NCBI RefSeq assembly: GCF_013122565.1
Contig: NZ_CP053258.1
From: Escherichia coli
GTDB taxonomy: Bacteria; Pseudomonadota; Gammaproteobacteria; Enterobacterales; Enterobacteriaceae
Strand: one strand, 5' to 3'
Length of the DNA: 64,000 bases
Part shown: positions 54,222 through 64,000 of the stretch, piece after piece
Layout: each line of letters opens with the position of its first letter
How positions within the stretch are numbered: position 1 is the stretch's first letter
Position numbers and translations under genes: made by a program
Notes under the pieces: generated by a model
Databases searched by the model: none
The model's input: the letters and a program-made list of their open reading frames with translations, nothing else
Told to the model about the DNA's origin: nothing

Positions 54222-55273
54222 AATCCCAGCACCAGTTGTCTTTCCATTTGAGGGTCAAGCAACGTCACATGCAGCCCCACCAGTCGCACACCGCGCCCGC
54301 CGCGGCGTTCATCCCAGGTTTTACGCGCGGTGGCGATTAGATCAGCTTTATTCAGCCGCGGCCAGACGTGCTCCTGGGTGGTTTGCTGAAAATCGTCGAA
54401 CTTTAATTTCACCCCCTGGCGAGCAATCAGTAAATCAGGTTTTACCTTTGCCAGACGGCGTTCAAGTTCCGGATACAGCCGCTCGATAATCGCTTCACAT
54501 TCAGACCAGTGATGAATATCTTCCGCCATCGTGCGTTCCACGCCGACGGATTTTCGCAACCGTTCGCTGTTAACATCGCGTTCGTCAATCCCCTGACTAC
54601 GCTCCCACAAAATGCGGCCAAATTTGCCAAAACGTTTAAGCAACGTCACCAGATCACACTTTTGTACATCACCGCAGGTCCGCAGCCCCATCGCTTCCAG
54701 TTTTGCCGCCGAGACTTTGCCGACGCCGGGGATTTTTGCCAGTGGTAAGGTTTGTAAAAATGCCGGAACTTCTGCCGGCGTAATCACAAACTGGCCGTTG
54801 GGTTTATTCATGTCGGAGGCGATTTTGGCGAGAAACTTTACTGGTGCCACGCCCGCAGACGCCGTCAGTTGCAGCTCGCTGAAAATCGTCTGGCGGATTT
54901 CCTGGGCGATGAGGGTCGCAGAACCGTGGCAATGGACGCTATCGGTGACATCGAGATAAGCCTCATCCAGTGACAACGGTTCAATACGCGAGGTGTAACG
55001 CGAGAAGATTTCACGGATATGATTTGAGGCTTCTTTGTAGGCGTCAAAGCGCCCCGGAAGCAAGGTGAGATGTGGGCATAATTTGAGCGCCATCCCAGTA
55101 GGCATAGCGCTACGTACGCCAAATTTACGCGCGGGATAATTGGCGGTGCTGATCACCCCCCGACGTTCGCGGCTGCCGCCAATAGCAATAGGGATATCGC
55201 GCAGGGCGGGATTGTCGCGCATCTCCACTGCGGCGAAAAAGCAGTCCATATCCACATGAATGATTTTACGCAT
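54218..55273 (-). CDS. dinB: DNA polymerase IV (Y-family)
   Basis: 351-aa [61 protein letters not shown]... Confidence 0.95.
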   Translation of the reverse strand: MRKIIHVDMDCFFAAVEMRDNPALRDIPIAIGGSRERRGVISTANYPARKFGVRSAMPTGMALKLCPHLTLLPGRFDAYKEASNHIREIFSRYTSRIEPLSLDEAYLDVTDSVHCHGSATLIAQEIRQTIFSELQLTASAGVAPVKFLAKIASDMNKPNGQFVITPAEVPAFLQTLPLAKIPGVGKVSAAKLEAMGLRTCGDVQKCDLVTLLKRFGKFGRILWERSQGIDERDVNSERLRKSVGVERTMAEDIHHWSECEAIIERLYPELERRLAKVKPDLLIARQGVKLKFDDFQQTTQEHVWPRLNKADLIATARKTWDERRGGRGVRLVGLHVTLLDPQMERQLVLGL

Positions 55274-55287
55274 TGCTCACCTCTCAA

Positions 55288-55303
55288 TACTGGTAAAGTA
55301 TAC
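55288..55303 (-). promoter_or_regulatory. LexA box (SOS operator) of dinB
   Basis: Minus strand CTGTATACTTTACCAG (CTG-N10-CAG) immediately upstream of dinB. Confidence 0.8.
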
Positions 55304-55343
55304 AGTGATTTCAGGGTTTGAGAAATGCGTAAAGATTCAGCAT

Positions 55344-56234
55344 TTAACGCGTTCGCTGCGAAAGCACCTGCTGCTTATCCAGCTTTTGCACCAGTGGCTG
55401 CACCACTTTATCCCCATGCTGACCAAAGTATTGATACAGCGTATCGGACGCACTTTTGGTCAGCACCATAATCTCAATACGCCGATTGCCCGCACTTTGC
55501 GGATTTTTCGCGTCCAGCAGCATCTGGTCCGCCATTGCGCTTACCTGCATCACTTTATCTTCCGGCATTCCTGCCTCTTCCAACACCCGACGAGCCGAAA
55601 GCGCGCGGTCACCCGAAAGGTTCCAGTTGTTGTAGATATTGTTTTTGTAAGCCATCGCATCGGTATGCCCGGTAATAATAATTTTGTTATCGAGCGAGTC
55701 GAACACTGGCGCGAGCTCCACCAGCAAAGTTTTAAAGAACGGCATAATCTGCGCGCTGCCGCGTTCGAACATATTGCGGTTCTGGTCGTCTTTAATCAGC
55801 ACGCGTAATCCCTGCGGGACAATCTCCATCTCCAGATTCGCTTCCATATGCGCATCACGGGCAATGGTGTTGATACTGGTTGCCAGCTCGCCAAGCTCGG
55901 TGGCGGATTTCTTCTTCAGCAGCGCCGTATTCTCGTTGACGTCGCGCGCTTTTTTCTCCGTCTCTTCCGGCACCGCCACGGTGGCAGGTTTTGGCGGATG
56001 AGACGGGCTGATTTTATTTAACGGCGACAACCCGCCACCATTGAAAATCGACTGCCCGTGCAGCGCGGCGATAATGCTTTCACGCTCGGATTTACTGACG
56101 CTGTTGACAATCAACTTTATTGTCGTCACCAAAGGGGCCGAGCGTATTTCCGAGGTTTCCGCCCGCTTTACCCTGGACGCGATGCCCGGCAAACAGATGG
56201 CGATTGACGCCGACCTTAACGCCGGGTTGATCAA
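55344..56234 (-). pseudogene. lafU: lafU fragment (MotB-like C-terminal OmpA-type domain), Flag-2 remnant
   Basis: ORF C-terminal region has MotB/OmpA-like peptidoglycan-binding domain (...IIITGHTDAMAYKNNIYNNWNLSGDRALSARRVLEEAGMPEDKV...NRRIEIMVL); N-terminal TM part absent; upstream 190 nt overlap the fhiA ORF on the other strand, so the true 5' boundary is uncertain. Confidence 0.6.
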
Positions 56235-57813
56235 CCAGGCGCAGGCGCAAACCCGGCGTAAAGATGTTGCCAGCGAGGCCGATTTCTACGGCGCGATGGA
56301 CGGGGCATCGAAGTTTGTGCGCGGGGACGCCATCGCCGGGATGATGATTCTGGCGATCAACCTGATCGGCGGCGTCTGTATCGGCATCTTCAAATACAAC
56401 CTGAGCGCCGACGCTGCCTTCCAGCAGTATGTGCTGATGACCATCGGCGACGGCCTGGTGGCGCAGATCCCTTCCCTGCTGCTCTCCACCGCGGCCGCGA
56501 TTATCGTCACCCGCGTCAGCGATAACGGCGATATCGCCCATGACGTGCGCCACCAGCTGCTGGCAAGCCCGTCGGTGCTCTACACCGCCACCGGGATCAT
56601 GTTCGTGCTGGCGGTGGTGCCGGGGATGCCGCATCTGCCGTTTTTGCTGTTCAGCGCCCTGCTTGGCTTTACCAGCTGGCGGATGAGCAAACGCCCGCAG
56701 GCGGCGGAGGCGGAAGAGAAAAGCCTCGAAACGCTGACCCGCACTATCACCGAAACCAGCGAGCAACAGGTCAGTTGGGAAACCATTCCACTGATCGAGC
56801 CCATCAGCTTAAGCCTTGGCTACAAGCTGGTGGCGCTGGTGGACAAAGCACAGGGTAACCCGCTCACCCAACGTATTCGCGGCGTGCGGCAGGTGATTTC
56901 TGACGGCAACGGCGTGCTGCTGCCGGAGATCCGCATTCGGGAAAACTTCCGCCTTAAGCCGAGCCAGTACGCCATTTTCATCAACGGCATTAAGGCTGAT
57001 GAAGCAGATATTCCGGCGGATAAACTGATGGCCCTGCCCTCCAGCGAAACCTACGGCGAGATTGACGGCGTGCTGGGGAACGACCCGGCGTACGGGATGC
57101 CGGTGACCTGGATCCAGCCCGCGCAGAAAGCGAAGGCGCTGAATATGGGGTATCAGGTAATCGACAGCGCCAGCGTGATTGCCACCCATGTGAACAAGAT
57201 TGTGCGCAGCTATATTCCTGATTTATTTAATTATGATGACATCACGCAGTTGCATAACCGTTTGTCGTCGATGGCACCGCGCCTGGCGGAGGATTTAAGC
57301 GCGGCGCTCAATTACAGCCAGTTGCTGAAAGTGTACCGGGCGCTGCTGACCGAAGGCGTTTCCCTGCGCGATATTGTCACCATCGCCACCGTGCTGGTCG
57401 CCAGTAGCACAGTGACCAAAGATCATATTCTGCTGGCGGCCGATGTGCGCCTGGCGCTGCGGCGCAGCATTACCCATTCGTTCGTTCGCAAGCAGGAGCT
57501 GGCGGTGTATACGCTGAATAATGAGCTGGAAAATCTGCTGACCAACGTGGTGAATCAGGCGCAACAGGGCGGCAAAGTGATGCTCGACAGCGTGCCGGTG
57601 GACCCGAATATGCTCAACCAGTTCCAGAGTACGATGCCGCAGGTAAAAGAGCAGATGAAAGCGGCGGGGAAAGACCCGGTGCTGCTGGTGCCGCCGCAGT
57701 TGCGCCCTTTGCTGGCGCGCTACGCAAGGTTGTTTGCGCCGGGGCTGCATGTGCTGTCGTATAACGAAGTGCCGGATGAGCTTGAGTTGAAGATTATGGG
57801 GGCGTTGAGTTGA
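56041..57813 (+). pseudogene. fhiA: fhiA/lfhA fragment (FlhA homologue lacking N-terminal region), Flag-2 remnant
   Basis: FlhA-like motif ...INFIVVTKGAERISEVSARFTLDAMPGKQMAIDADLNAGLI... begins about 20 codons into the ORF; junction with the lafU fragment lies in 56041-56234. Confidence 0.6.
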
Positions 57814-57849
57814 TGGCTTTTAAGAAACGCAATACGATGACATCAATTT

Positions 57850-58248
57850 ATGACGTCAGGGATTGATAAGATGATGAAAACGCGTTCATTAATATCTCAA
57901 GCATCGAACATTATCACAATTAAAGGTCAACCAGCCGCAGTGACATTTGAAGCCGATATCAACGCATTTCGCGGCAAGTTCCTCAATGTAAACGGTTATT
58001 GTGACTTTGTAGCCACAAGTATTGAGGCATTATATCGTGAAGGCGAAAGCGCGCTGGATGAGTGGATGGCGGATTGTGAAGAGGACGGTATTGCCCCTTT
58101 TCGTGAAGAAGAAGAGCAAAAACGCCTGACGCTTCGTGTTCCTCATCACATTGATTCGCGGCTGACCATCGTCGCCAGACAACATTCCATTTCAAAAAAC
58201 CAGCTCATTATTGATGTCTTAGAACGTGAGTTTTCAGCCCAGATGTAA
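57850..58248 (+). CDS. HicB-like antitoxin-family protein (N-terminal HicB fold plus C-terminal ribbon-helix-helix), no HicA partner found
   Basis: 132-aa ORF; C-terminal RHH-like segment KRLTLRVPHHIDSRLTIVARQHSISKNQLIIDVLEREF; strong terminator immediately downstream. Confidence 0.55.
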   Translation: MTSGIDKMMKTRSLISQASNIITIKGQPAAVTFEADINAFRGKFLNVNGYCDFVATSIEALYREGESALDEWMADCEEDGIAPFREEEEQKRLTLRVPHHIDSRLTIVARQHSISKNQLIIDVLEREFSAQM

Positions 58249-58252
58249 ACAG

Positions 58253-58282
58253 GTCGGATGCCGCGTGGCATCCGACCTTTTG
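58253..58282 (+). terminator. rho-independent terminator
   Basis: Stem ggtcggatgc/gcatccgacc (10 bp), loop cgcgtg, followed by TTTT. Confidence 0.75.
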
Positions 58283-58304
58283 CCAGTTCGTCAATATTAC
58301 CCAT

Positions 58305-59054
58305 TTACAAAATCGTCTCTTCCGTCAAAATCCGCCGCGCGCCTAAAAAATGATCCTGCCAGAAAGGTTCAGCTAATCGGCTTATCCGAATGGTTTCGCC
58401 GGTACGTGGTGACTCGATAAACTGACCGTCTCCCAGATACACCCCCATATGATCGGCTATCTCGCGGCTGTGAATATGGAAAAACAGCAAATCTCCCCGG
58501 CGCAGGTCGTTATTCGCCACAATCGTTGCCCGACGGTAGTGATACATCTCATTAGCCGTGCGCGGGAGTTTCGCCTCGAGGATCTTGTTGTAGGCATAAA
58601 AAACCAACCCGCTACAGTCGAAGCCTTGATCGGGCCGTGTGCCGCCCCAGACGTAAGGCTTGCCAAGCTGCTGCTCCAGGCGGTGGATCGCCACTTCGGT
58701 GATGTTATGCAGGTGATCGCTGCTTAAAAAGTGGTTGTTTTCCGCCAGCGCCTGCCAGCGTCTGTCACTCGCCTTGAGCGGTGCAGGAAACCATTCTGGA
58801 TGCTGTTTTATCTGCTCCCGGTTGTGCTGGCGCAGCGCCCTTCTGCTTTCGGCATTGCCTTCCACAATATAGCTGGCCTGTTTTTTCAGATGGGTTTGGT
58901 ACTGTTTTAATAACCGCGCACGGTTTTGCATCCGCTGGCGGGCGGCGTAGCTGAAAGAGATGTGTGATGTGGTGGCGCTGGCAAATGAAGAAAACGGCAA
59001 GCAAAGCAACAGTAATCCCGACAACACAAAGGATGGAATCGACGGCAAGGACAT
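58305..59054 (-). CDS. yafL: NlpC/P60-family lipoprotein YafL
   Basis: Start at MSLPSIPSFVLSGLLLLCLPFSS (249 aa); NlpC/P60 catalytic Cys region GFDCSGLVFYAY. Confidence 0.85.
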   Translation of the reverse strand: MSLPSIPSFVLSGLLLLCLPFSSFASATTSHISFSYAARQRMQNRARLLKQYQTHLKKQASYIVEGNAESRRALRQHNREQIKQHPEWFPAPLKASDRRWQALAENNHFLSSDHLHNITEVAIHRLEQQLGKPYVWGGTRPDQGFDCSGLVFYAYNKILEAKLPRTANEMYHYRRATIVANNDLRRGDLLFFHIHSREIADHMGVYLGDGQFIESPRTGETIRISRLAEPFWQDHFLGARRILTEETIL

Positions 59055-59231
59055 ACTCAATAATGGCTGGTCATGCTTTAATGTTGCAGTGTATCCCGGA
59101 TCGTTTCTGAACAAACTTAATAAACCATTATTATAAAATTAACAGATATATTTCAGTGGATTATGTAAATACATCAGTTTATTAAATTGCTCATGAATTG
59201 CCGCTGTTGCTCAATTGAGCTACAATTCAAG

Positions 59232-59247
59232 CTGAATATATATACAG
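59232..59247 (+). promoter_or_regulatory. LexA box of dinJ-yafQ promoter
   Basis: CTGAATATATATACAG (CTG-N10-CAG) about 17 nt upstream of dinJ start. Confidence 0.75.
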
Positions 59248-59263
59248 CACAGGAGATACCCCA

Positions 59264-59524
59264 ATGGCTGCTAACGCATTTGTTCGCGCCCGAATCGATG
59301 AGGATTTGAAGAATCAGGCGGCGGACGTACTGGCCGGGATGGGGCTGACCATCTCTGACCTGGTTCGCATAACCCTCACAAAGGTCGCGCGTGAAAAGGC
59401 ATTGCCGTTTGATTTACGCGAGCCTAATCAATTAACTATTCAATCAATCAAAAACAGCGAAGCTGGCGTTGGTGTTCATAAGGCCAAAGACGCCGATGAT
59501 TTATTTGATAAATTAGGAATTTAA
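59264..59524 (+). CDS. dinJ: antitoxin DinJ
   Basis: 86-aa ORF MAANAFVRARIDEDLKNQAADVLAGMGLTISDLVRITLTKVAREKALPFDL... Confidence 0.93.
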   Translation: MAANAFVRARIDEDLKNQAADVLAGMGLTISDLVRITLTKVAREKALPFDLREPNQLTIQSIKNSEAGVGVHKAKDADDLFDKLGI

Positions 59525-59526
59525 AT

Positions 59527-59805
59527 ATGATTCAAAGGGATATTGAATACTCGGGACAATTTTCAAAGGATGTAAAACTTGCACAAAAGCGTCATAAGGA
59601 TATGAATAAATTGAAATATCTTATGACGCTTCTTATCAATAATACTTTACCGCTTCCAGCTGTTTATAAAGACCACCCGCTGCAAGGTTCATGGAAAGGT
59701 TATCGCGATGCTCATGTCGAACCGGACTGGATCCTGATTTACAAACTTACCGATAAACTTTTACGATTTGAGAGAACTGGAACTCACGCGGCGCTCTTTG
59801 GGTAA
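59527..59805 (+). CDS. yafQ: mRNA interferase toxin YafQ (RelE family)
   Basis: 92-aa ORF MIQRDIEYSGQFSKDVKLAQKRHKDMNKLKYLMTLLINNTLPLPAVYKDHPLQG... Confidence 0.93.
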   Translation: MIQRDIEYSGQFSKDVKLAQKRHKDMNKLKYLMTLLINNTLPLPAVYKDHPLQGSWKGYRDAHVEPDWILIYKLTDKLLRFERTGTHAALFG

Positions 59806-59960
59806 AGCCCGCTTCCGATGAAATTTGTAAACCCTGCGCCGACAGGCTTGCGTAAAACTCTTTTGGTGATAATGTGAGCCTTCCAAATCCAGACTATTCC
59901 GATTTGGGATCTATTTTGCCGTCCTGGCGTGTGTAACCGTTTTATCAAGGAATAAGCAGT

Positions 59961-60701
59961 ATGCGTAAAATCGCATTAATTCTTGCGATGTTGTTGATCC
60001 CGTGCGTTTCGTTTGCCGGTTTGCTGGGCAGCAGTAGCTCGACCACGCCAGTGAGCAAAGAGTATAAGCAGCAGTTGATGGGATCCCCTGTCTACATCCA
60101 GATCTTCAAGGAAGAACGTACGCTCGATCTCTACGTCAAAATGGGCGAGCAATATCAACTGCTCGACAGCTATAAAATCTGTAAATATTCCGGCGGCTTA
60201 GGGCCAAAACAGCGTCAGGGCGATTTCAAAAGCCCGGAAGGGTTTTATAGCGTCCAGCGTAATCAGTTAAAACCAGACAGCCGTTACTACAAAGCGATTA
60301 ATATTGGTTTCCCCAATGCCTATGACCGTGCGCATGGTTATGAAGGGAAATACCTGATGATCCACGGCGATTGTGTTTCCATCGGCTGCTACGCGATGAC
60401 CAATCAGGGTATTGATGAGATCTTCCAGTTCGTTACTGGTGCGCTGGTGTTTGGTCAGTCAAGTGTGCAGGTGAGTATTTACCCGTTCCGCATGACCGAC
60501 GCCAACATGCAGCGCCATAAATATTCCAACTTTAAGGACTTCTGGGAGCAACTGAAGCCGGGTTATGACTACTTTGAGCAAACCCGTAAGCCACCGACCG
60601 TTTCTGTGGTCAATGGTCGTTACGTGGTCAGCAAGCCGTTAAGCCACGAAGTTGTGCAGCCACAACTGGCATCAAACTACACGCTCCCCGAGGCAAAATA
60701 A
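59961..60701 (+). CDS. yafK: L,D-transpeptidase-fold protein YafK
   Basis: 246-aa ORF with signal peptide [19 protein letters not shown]; catalytic-region motif [12 protein letters not shown]. Confidence 0.88.
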   Translation: MRKIALILAMLLIPCVSFAGLLGSSSSTTPVSKEYKQQLMGSPVYIQIFKEERTLDLYVKMGEQYQLLDSYKICKYSGGLGPKQRQGDFKSPEGFYSVQRNQLKPDSRYYKAINIGFPNAYDRAHGYEGKYLMIHGDCVSIGCYAMTNQGIDEIFQFVTGALVFGQSSVQVSIYPFRMTDANMQRHKYSNFKDFWEQLKPGYDYFEQTRKPPTVSVVNGRYVVSKPLSHEVVQPQLASNYTLPEAK

Positions 60702-61439
60702 GCGCCATTCGCCTGGCATAATCTTTTGCCAGGTTTCATTGCCCGTCAGCGGCTGTGTCGCAATCACCGTGACCACATCATTCGGTGTGGTCTGCGAGCT
60801 GAAGTCGATTTCCACATCCTGATCCAGCAACGTTGCCACGCCAAACGGTGCGCGGCGGGTGATCCAGTGCAGATTGGTCGAGCAATACGCCATTACATAG
60901 CGCCCATCCGAAAGCAGCATGTTGAAAACGCCCTTCTGCCGCAGTTCGTCCGCCAGTGAAGCGATATATTTAAACACTGCTGCCATGTTGCCCGGCGTGC
61001 GCGGGTAACGCTGCGTTAATTTATGCAGCAGCCAGCAGAAGGCTTTTTCGCTGTCGGTTTCACCGACCGGGCGGAAGTTGCCGGTTTCCAGTGATTTGTA
61101 GCCCGTCAGTTGTCCGTTATGGGCATAAGTCCAGTTACGCCCCCATAACTCGCGGGTAAATGGGTGAGTATTTTCCAGCGCCACCTCGCCCCGATTAGCC
61201 TGGCGAATATGAGCCACCACCGAACAGGATTTTATCGGGTAGTCCTGGACAAGTTTGGCGATGGGGGAATTAAAGCTGGGTTGTGGATCTTTAAATGTGC
61301 GACAGCCTTTACCTTCGTAAAAGGTAATGCCCCAGCCATCTTTATGTGGCCCGGTTCCACCACCACGCTGTACAAGTCCGGTGAAACTAAAGCAGATATC
61401 GGTAGGGACGTTGGCGCTCATCCCGAGCAATTCGCACAT
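60672..61439 (-). CDS. yafJ: class II glutamine amidotransferase YafJ
   Basis: Start at [19 protein letters not shown] (255 aa; N-terminal Cys nucleophile after Met); 30-nt convergent overlap with yafK. Confidence 0.85.
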   Translation of the reverse strand: MCELLGMSANVPTDICFSFTGLVQRGGGTGPHKDGWGITFYEGKGCRTFKDPQPSFNSPIAKLVQDYPIKSCSVVAHIRQANRGEVALENTHPFTRELWGRNWTYAHNGQLTGYKSLETGNFRPVGETDSEKAFCWLLHKLTQRYPRTPGNMAAVFKYIASLADELRQKGVFNMLLSDGRYVMAYCSTNLHWITRRAPFGVATLLDQDVEIDFSSQTTPNDVVTVIATQPLTGNETWQKIMPGEWRLFCLGERVV

Positions 61440-61501
61440 GGGTAACCTCCACAACAGCGGGAGCGCATGGCCCCCGGCGAAGATTGATTTAAGAATTTTC
61501 A

Positions 61502-61640
61502 GGTCGGATGCGGCGTGAACGCATTATTCGGCCTTCGGTTCGCGTACAGATTTGTAGGCATGATAAGACGCGTCAGCGTCGCATCAGGCATCAGCGCACA
61601 AATGCTGGATGCGGCGTAAACGCCTTATCCGGCCTACGCC
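61502..61640. repeat. BIME (three REP units) between yafJ and gmhA
   Basis: ggtcggatgcggcgtgaacgc..., gtaggcatgataagacgcgtcagcgtcgcatcaggca, tgctggatgcggcgtaaacgccttatccggcctacgcc. Confidence 0.75.
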
Positions 61641-61644
61641 AGAC

Positions 61645-62223
61645 TTACTTAACCATCTCTTTTTCAATTAACTGGATCAGGATATGGATCACTTTAATGT
61701 GGATCTCCTGAATGCGGTCGGCATAACCAAAGTGCGGAACGCGAATTTCGATATCCGCCGTGCCAGCCATTTTGCCGCCGTCTTTACCGGTCAGGGTGAT
61801 CACTTTCATCCCCTTCTCACGCGCCGCTGCGATCGCTTTGATCACGTTTGCAGAGTTACCGGAAGTGGAGATCCCCAGCAGTACATCGCCTTCGCGACCT
61901 ACCGCTTCAACGTAACGGGAGAAAATATCATTGAAACCGAAATCATTACCGACGCAGGAAATATGACTAACGTCAGAAATAGCAATCGCCGGGTAGCCCG
62001 GACGGTTTTCACGGTAGCGACCGGTCAACTCTTCGGCAAAGTGCATGGCGTCGCAATGGGAGCCGCCGTTGCCGCAGGAAAGCACTTTACCACCGGCTTT
62101 AAAGCTGTCTGCTAACAGGACCGCCGCGCGCTGAATGGCGTGAATATTGGCGTCATCTTTTAAAAAGTTAGCCAGCGTTTCCGCCGCTTCGTTCAGTTCG
62201 TTACGAATAAGATCCTGGTACAT
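61645..62223 (-). CDS. gmhA: phosphoheptose isomerase
   Basis: Start at [20 protein letters not shown] (192 aa); ORF track starts 54 codons upstream. Confidence 0.92.
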
Positions 62224-62462
62224 GAGGATATCCTTCAGCATAAATGTAATAGACAAAATGCAGTGTACCGGATACCGCCAAAAGCGAGAAGTACGGGCAG
62301 GTGCTATGACCAGGACTTTTTGACCTGAAGTGCGGATAAAAACAGCAACAATGTGAGCTTTGTTGTAATTATATTGTAAACACATTGCTAAATGTTTTTA
62401 CATCCACTACAACCATATCATCACAAGTGGTCAGACCTCCTACAAGTAAGGGGCTTTTCGTT

Positions 62463-64000
62463 ATGATGATTTTGAGTATTCTCGCTACGGTTGTCCTGCT
62501 CGGCGCGTTGTTCTATCACCGCGTGAGCTTATTTATCAGCAGTCTGATTTTGCTCGCCTGGACAGCCGCCCTCGGCGTTGCTGGTCTGTGGTCGGCGTGG
62601 GTACTGGTGCCTCTGGCCATTATCCTCGTGCCATTTAACTTTGCGCCTATGCGTAAGTCGATGATTTCCGCGCCGGTATTTCGCGGTTTCCGTAAGGTGA
62701 TGCCGCCGATGTCGCGCACTGAGAAAGAAGCGATTGATGCGGGCACCACCTGGTGGGAGGGCGACTTGTTCCAGGGCAAGCCGGACTGGAAAAAGCTGCA
62801 TAACTATCCGCAGCCGCGCCTGACGGCTGAAGAGCAAGCGTTTCTCGACGGCCCGGTAGAAGAAGCCTGCCGGATGGCGAATGATTTCCAGATCACCCAT
62901 GAACTGGCGGATCTGCCGCCAGAGTTGTGGGCGTACCTTAAAGAGCATCGCTTCTTCGCGATGATCATCAAAAAAGAGTACGGCGGACTGGAGTTCTCGG
63001 CTTATGCCCAGTCTCGTGTGCTGCAAAAACTCTCCGGCGTGAGCGGGATCCTGGCGATTACCGTCGGCGTGCCGAACTCATTAGGCCCGGGCGAGCTACT
63101 GCAACATTACGGCACTGATGAGCAGAAAAATCACTATCTGCCGCGTCTGGCGCGTGGTCAGGAGATCCCTTGCTTTGCACTGACCAGCCCGGAAGCGGGT
63201 TCCGATGCGGGCGCGATTCCGGACAACGGGATTGTCTGCATGGGTGAATGGCAGGGCCAGCAGGTGCTGGGGATGCGTCTGACCTGGAACAAACGCTACA
63301 TTACGCTGGCACCGATTGCGACTGTGCTTGGGCTGGCGTTTAAACTCTCCGACCCGGAAAAATTGCTGGGTGGTGCAGAAGATTTAGGTATTACCTGTGC
63401 GCTGATCCCGACCACCACGCCGGGCGTGGAAATTGGTCGTCGCCACTTCCCGCTGAATGTGCCGTTCCAGAACGGACCGACGCGCGGTAAAGATGTCTTC
63501 GTACCGATCGACTACATTATCGGCGGGCCGAAAATGGCCGGGCAAGGCTGGCGGATGCTGGTGGAGTGCCTCTCGGTGGGCCGCGGCATCACCCTGCCTT
63601 CCAACTCAACCGGCGGCGTGAAATCGGTAGCGCTGGCAACCGGCGCGTATGCGCACATTCGCCGTCAGTTCAAAATCTCTATTGGTAAGATGGAAGGGAT
63701 TGAAGAACCGCTGGCGCGTATTGCCGGTAATGCCTATGTGATGGATGCTGCGGCGTCGCTGATTACCTACGGCATTATGCTCGGCGAAAAACCTGCCGTG
63801 CTGTCGGCTATCGTTAAGTATCACTGTACCCACCGCGGGCAGCAGTCGATTATTGATGCGATGGATATCACTGGTGGTAAAGGCATTATGCTCGGGCAAA
63901 GCAACTTCCTGGCCCGTGCTTACCAGGGCGCACCGATTGCCATCACCGTTGAAGGGGCTAACATTCTGACCCGCAGCATGATGATCTTCGGCCAGGGGGC
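62463..64000 (+). CDS. fadE: acyl-CoA dehydrogenase FadE, partial (3' end beyond window)
   Basis: ATG at 62463; [43 protein letters not shown]...; open to the window edge, so absent from the ORF track. Confidence 0.9.
   Translation, partial: MMILSILATVVLLGALFYHRVSLFISSLILLAWTAALGVAGLWSAWVLVPLAIILVPFNFAPMRKSMISAPVFRGFRKVMPPMSRTEKEAIDAGTTWWEGDLFQGKPDWKKLHNYPQPRLTAEEQAFLDGPVEEACRMANDFQITHELADLPPELWAYLKEHRFFAMIIKKEYGGLEFSAYAQSRVLQKLSGVSGILAITVGVPNSLGPGELLQHYGTDEQKNHYLPRLARGQEIPCFALTSPEAGSDAGAIPDNGIVCMGEWQGQQVLGMRLTWNKRYITLAPIATVLGLAFKLSDPEKLLGGAEDLGITCALIPTTTPGVEIGRRHFPLNVPFQNGPTRGKDVFVPIDYIIGGPKMAGQGWRMLVECLSVGRGITLPSNSTGGVKSVALATGAYAHIRRQFKISIGKMEGIEEPLARIAGNAYVMDAAASLITYGIMLGEKPAVLSAIVKYHCTHRGQQSIIDAMDITGGKGIMLGQSNFLARAYQGAPIAITVEGANILTRSMMIFGQG

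Overview
The window reads as an Escherichia coli-type chromosomal backbone, in reverse orientation to the K-12 map, with no IS elements, no rRNA and no CRISPR array. Gene identities were assigned by eye from the six-frame translations and from memory of E. coli proteins; no database search or alignment was run, and all comparisons to K-12 are from memory. Gene order is codB (partial), prpEDCB with divergent prpR, yahO-yahN-yahM-yahL-yahK, the yahDEFG-yahIJ operon, yahC-yahB, pdeL, betT with divergent betIBA, an AraC-family regulator, a full-length eaeH/fdeC adhesin, ykgR, a small islet ending at tRNA-Thr thrW, proAB, phoE, crl, frsA, gpt, pepD, prfH-rtcB, yafP-dinB, lafU/fhiA fragments, yafL, dinJ-yafQ, yafK, yafJ, gmhA and fadE (partial). 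The strain is not K-12: eaeH and rtcB-prfH are intact, and thrW is flanked by a short islet with a decayed integrase rather than a large prophage. The most interesting items are the uncharacterised yahDEFG-IJ operon (paralogous to allantoin-pathway carbamoyltransferase and carbamate kinase genes, with a Tat-signal amidohydrolase), a tRNA-like element beside AT-rich yahL, a 215-aa secreted-protein ORF between yahJ and yahK, the thrW stress-gene islet, the intact rtcB-prfH pair and an orphan HicB-like gene. I did not find a clearly new multi-gene system; the candidates are flagged with their uncertainty.
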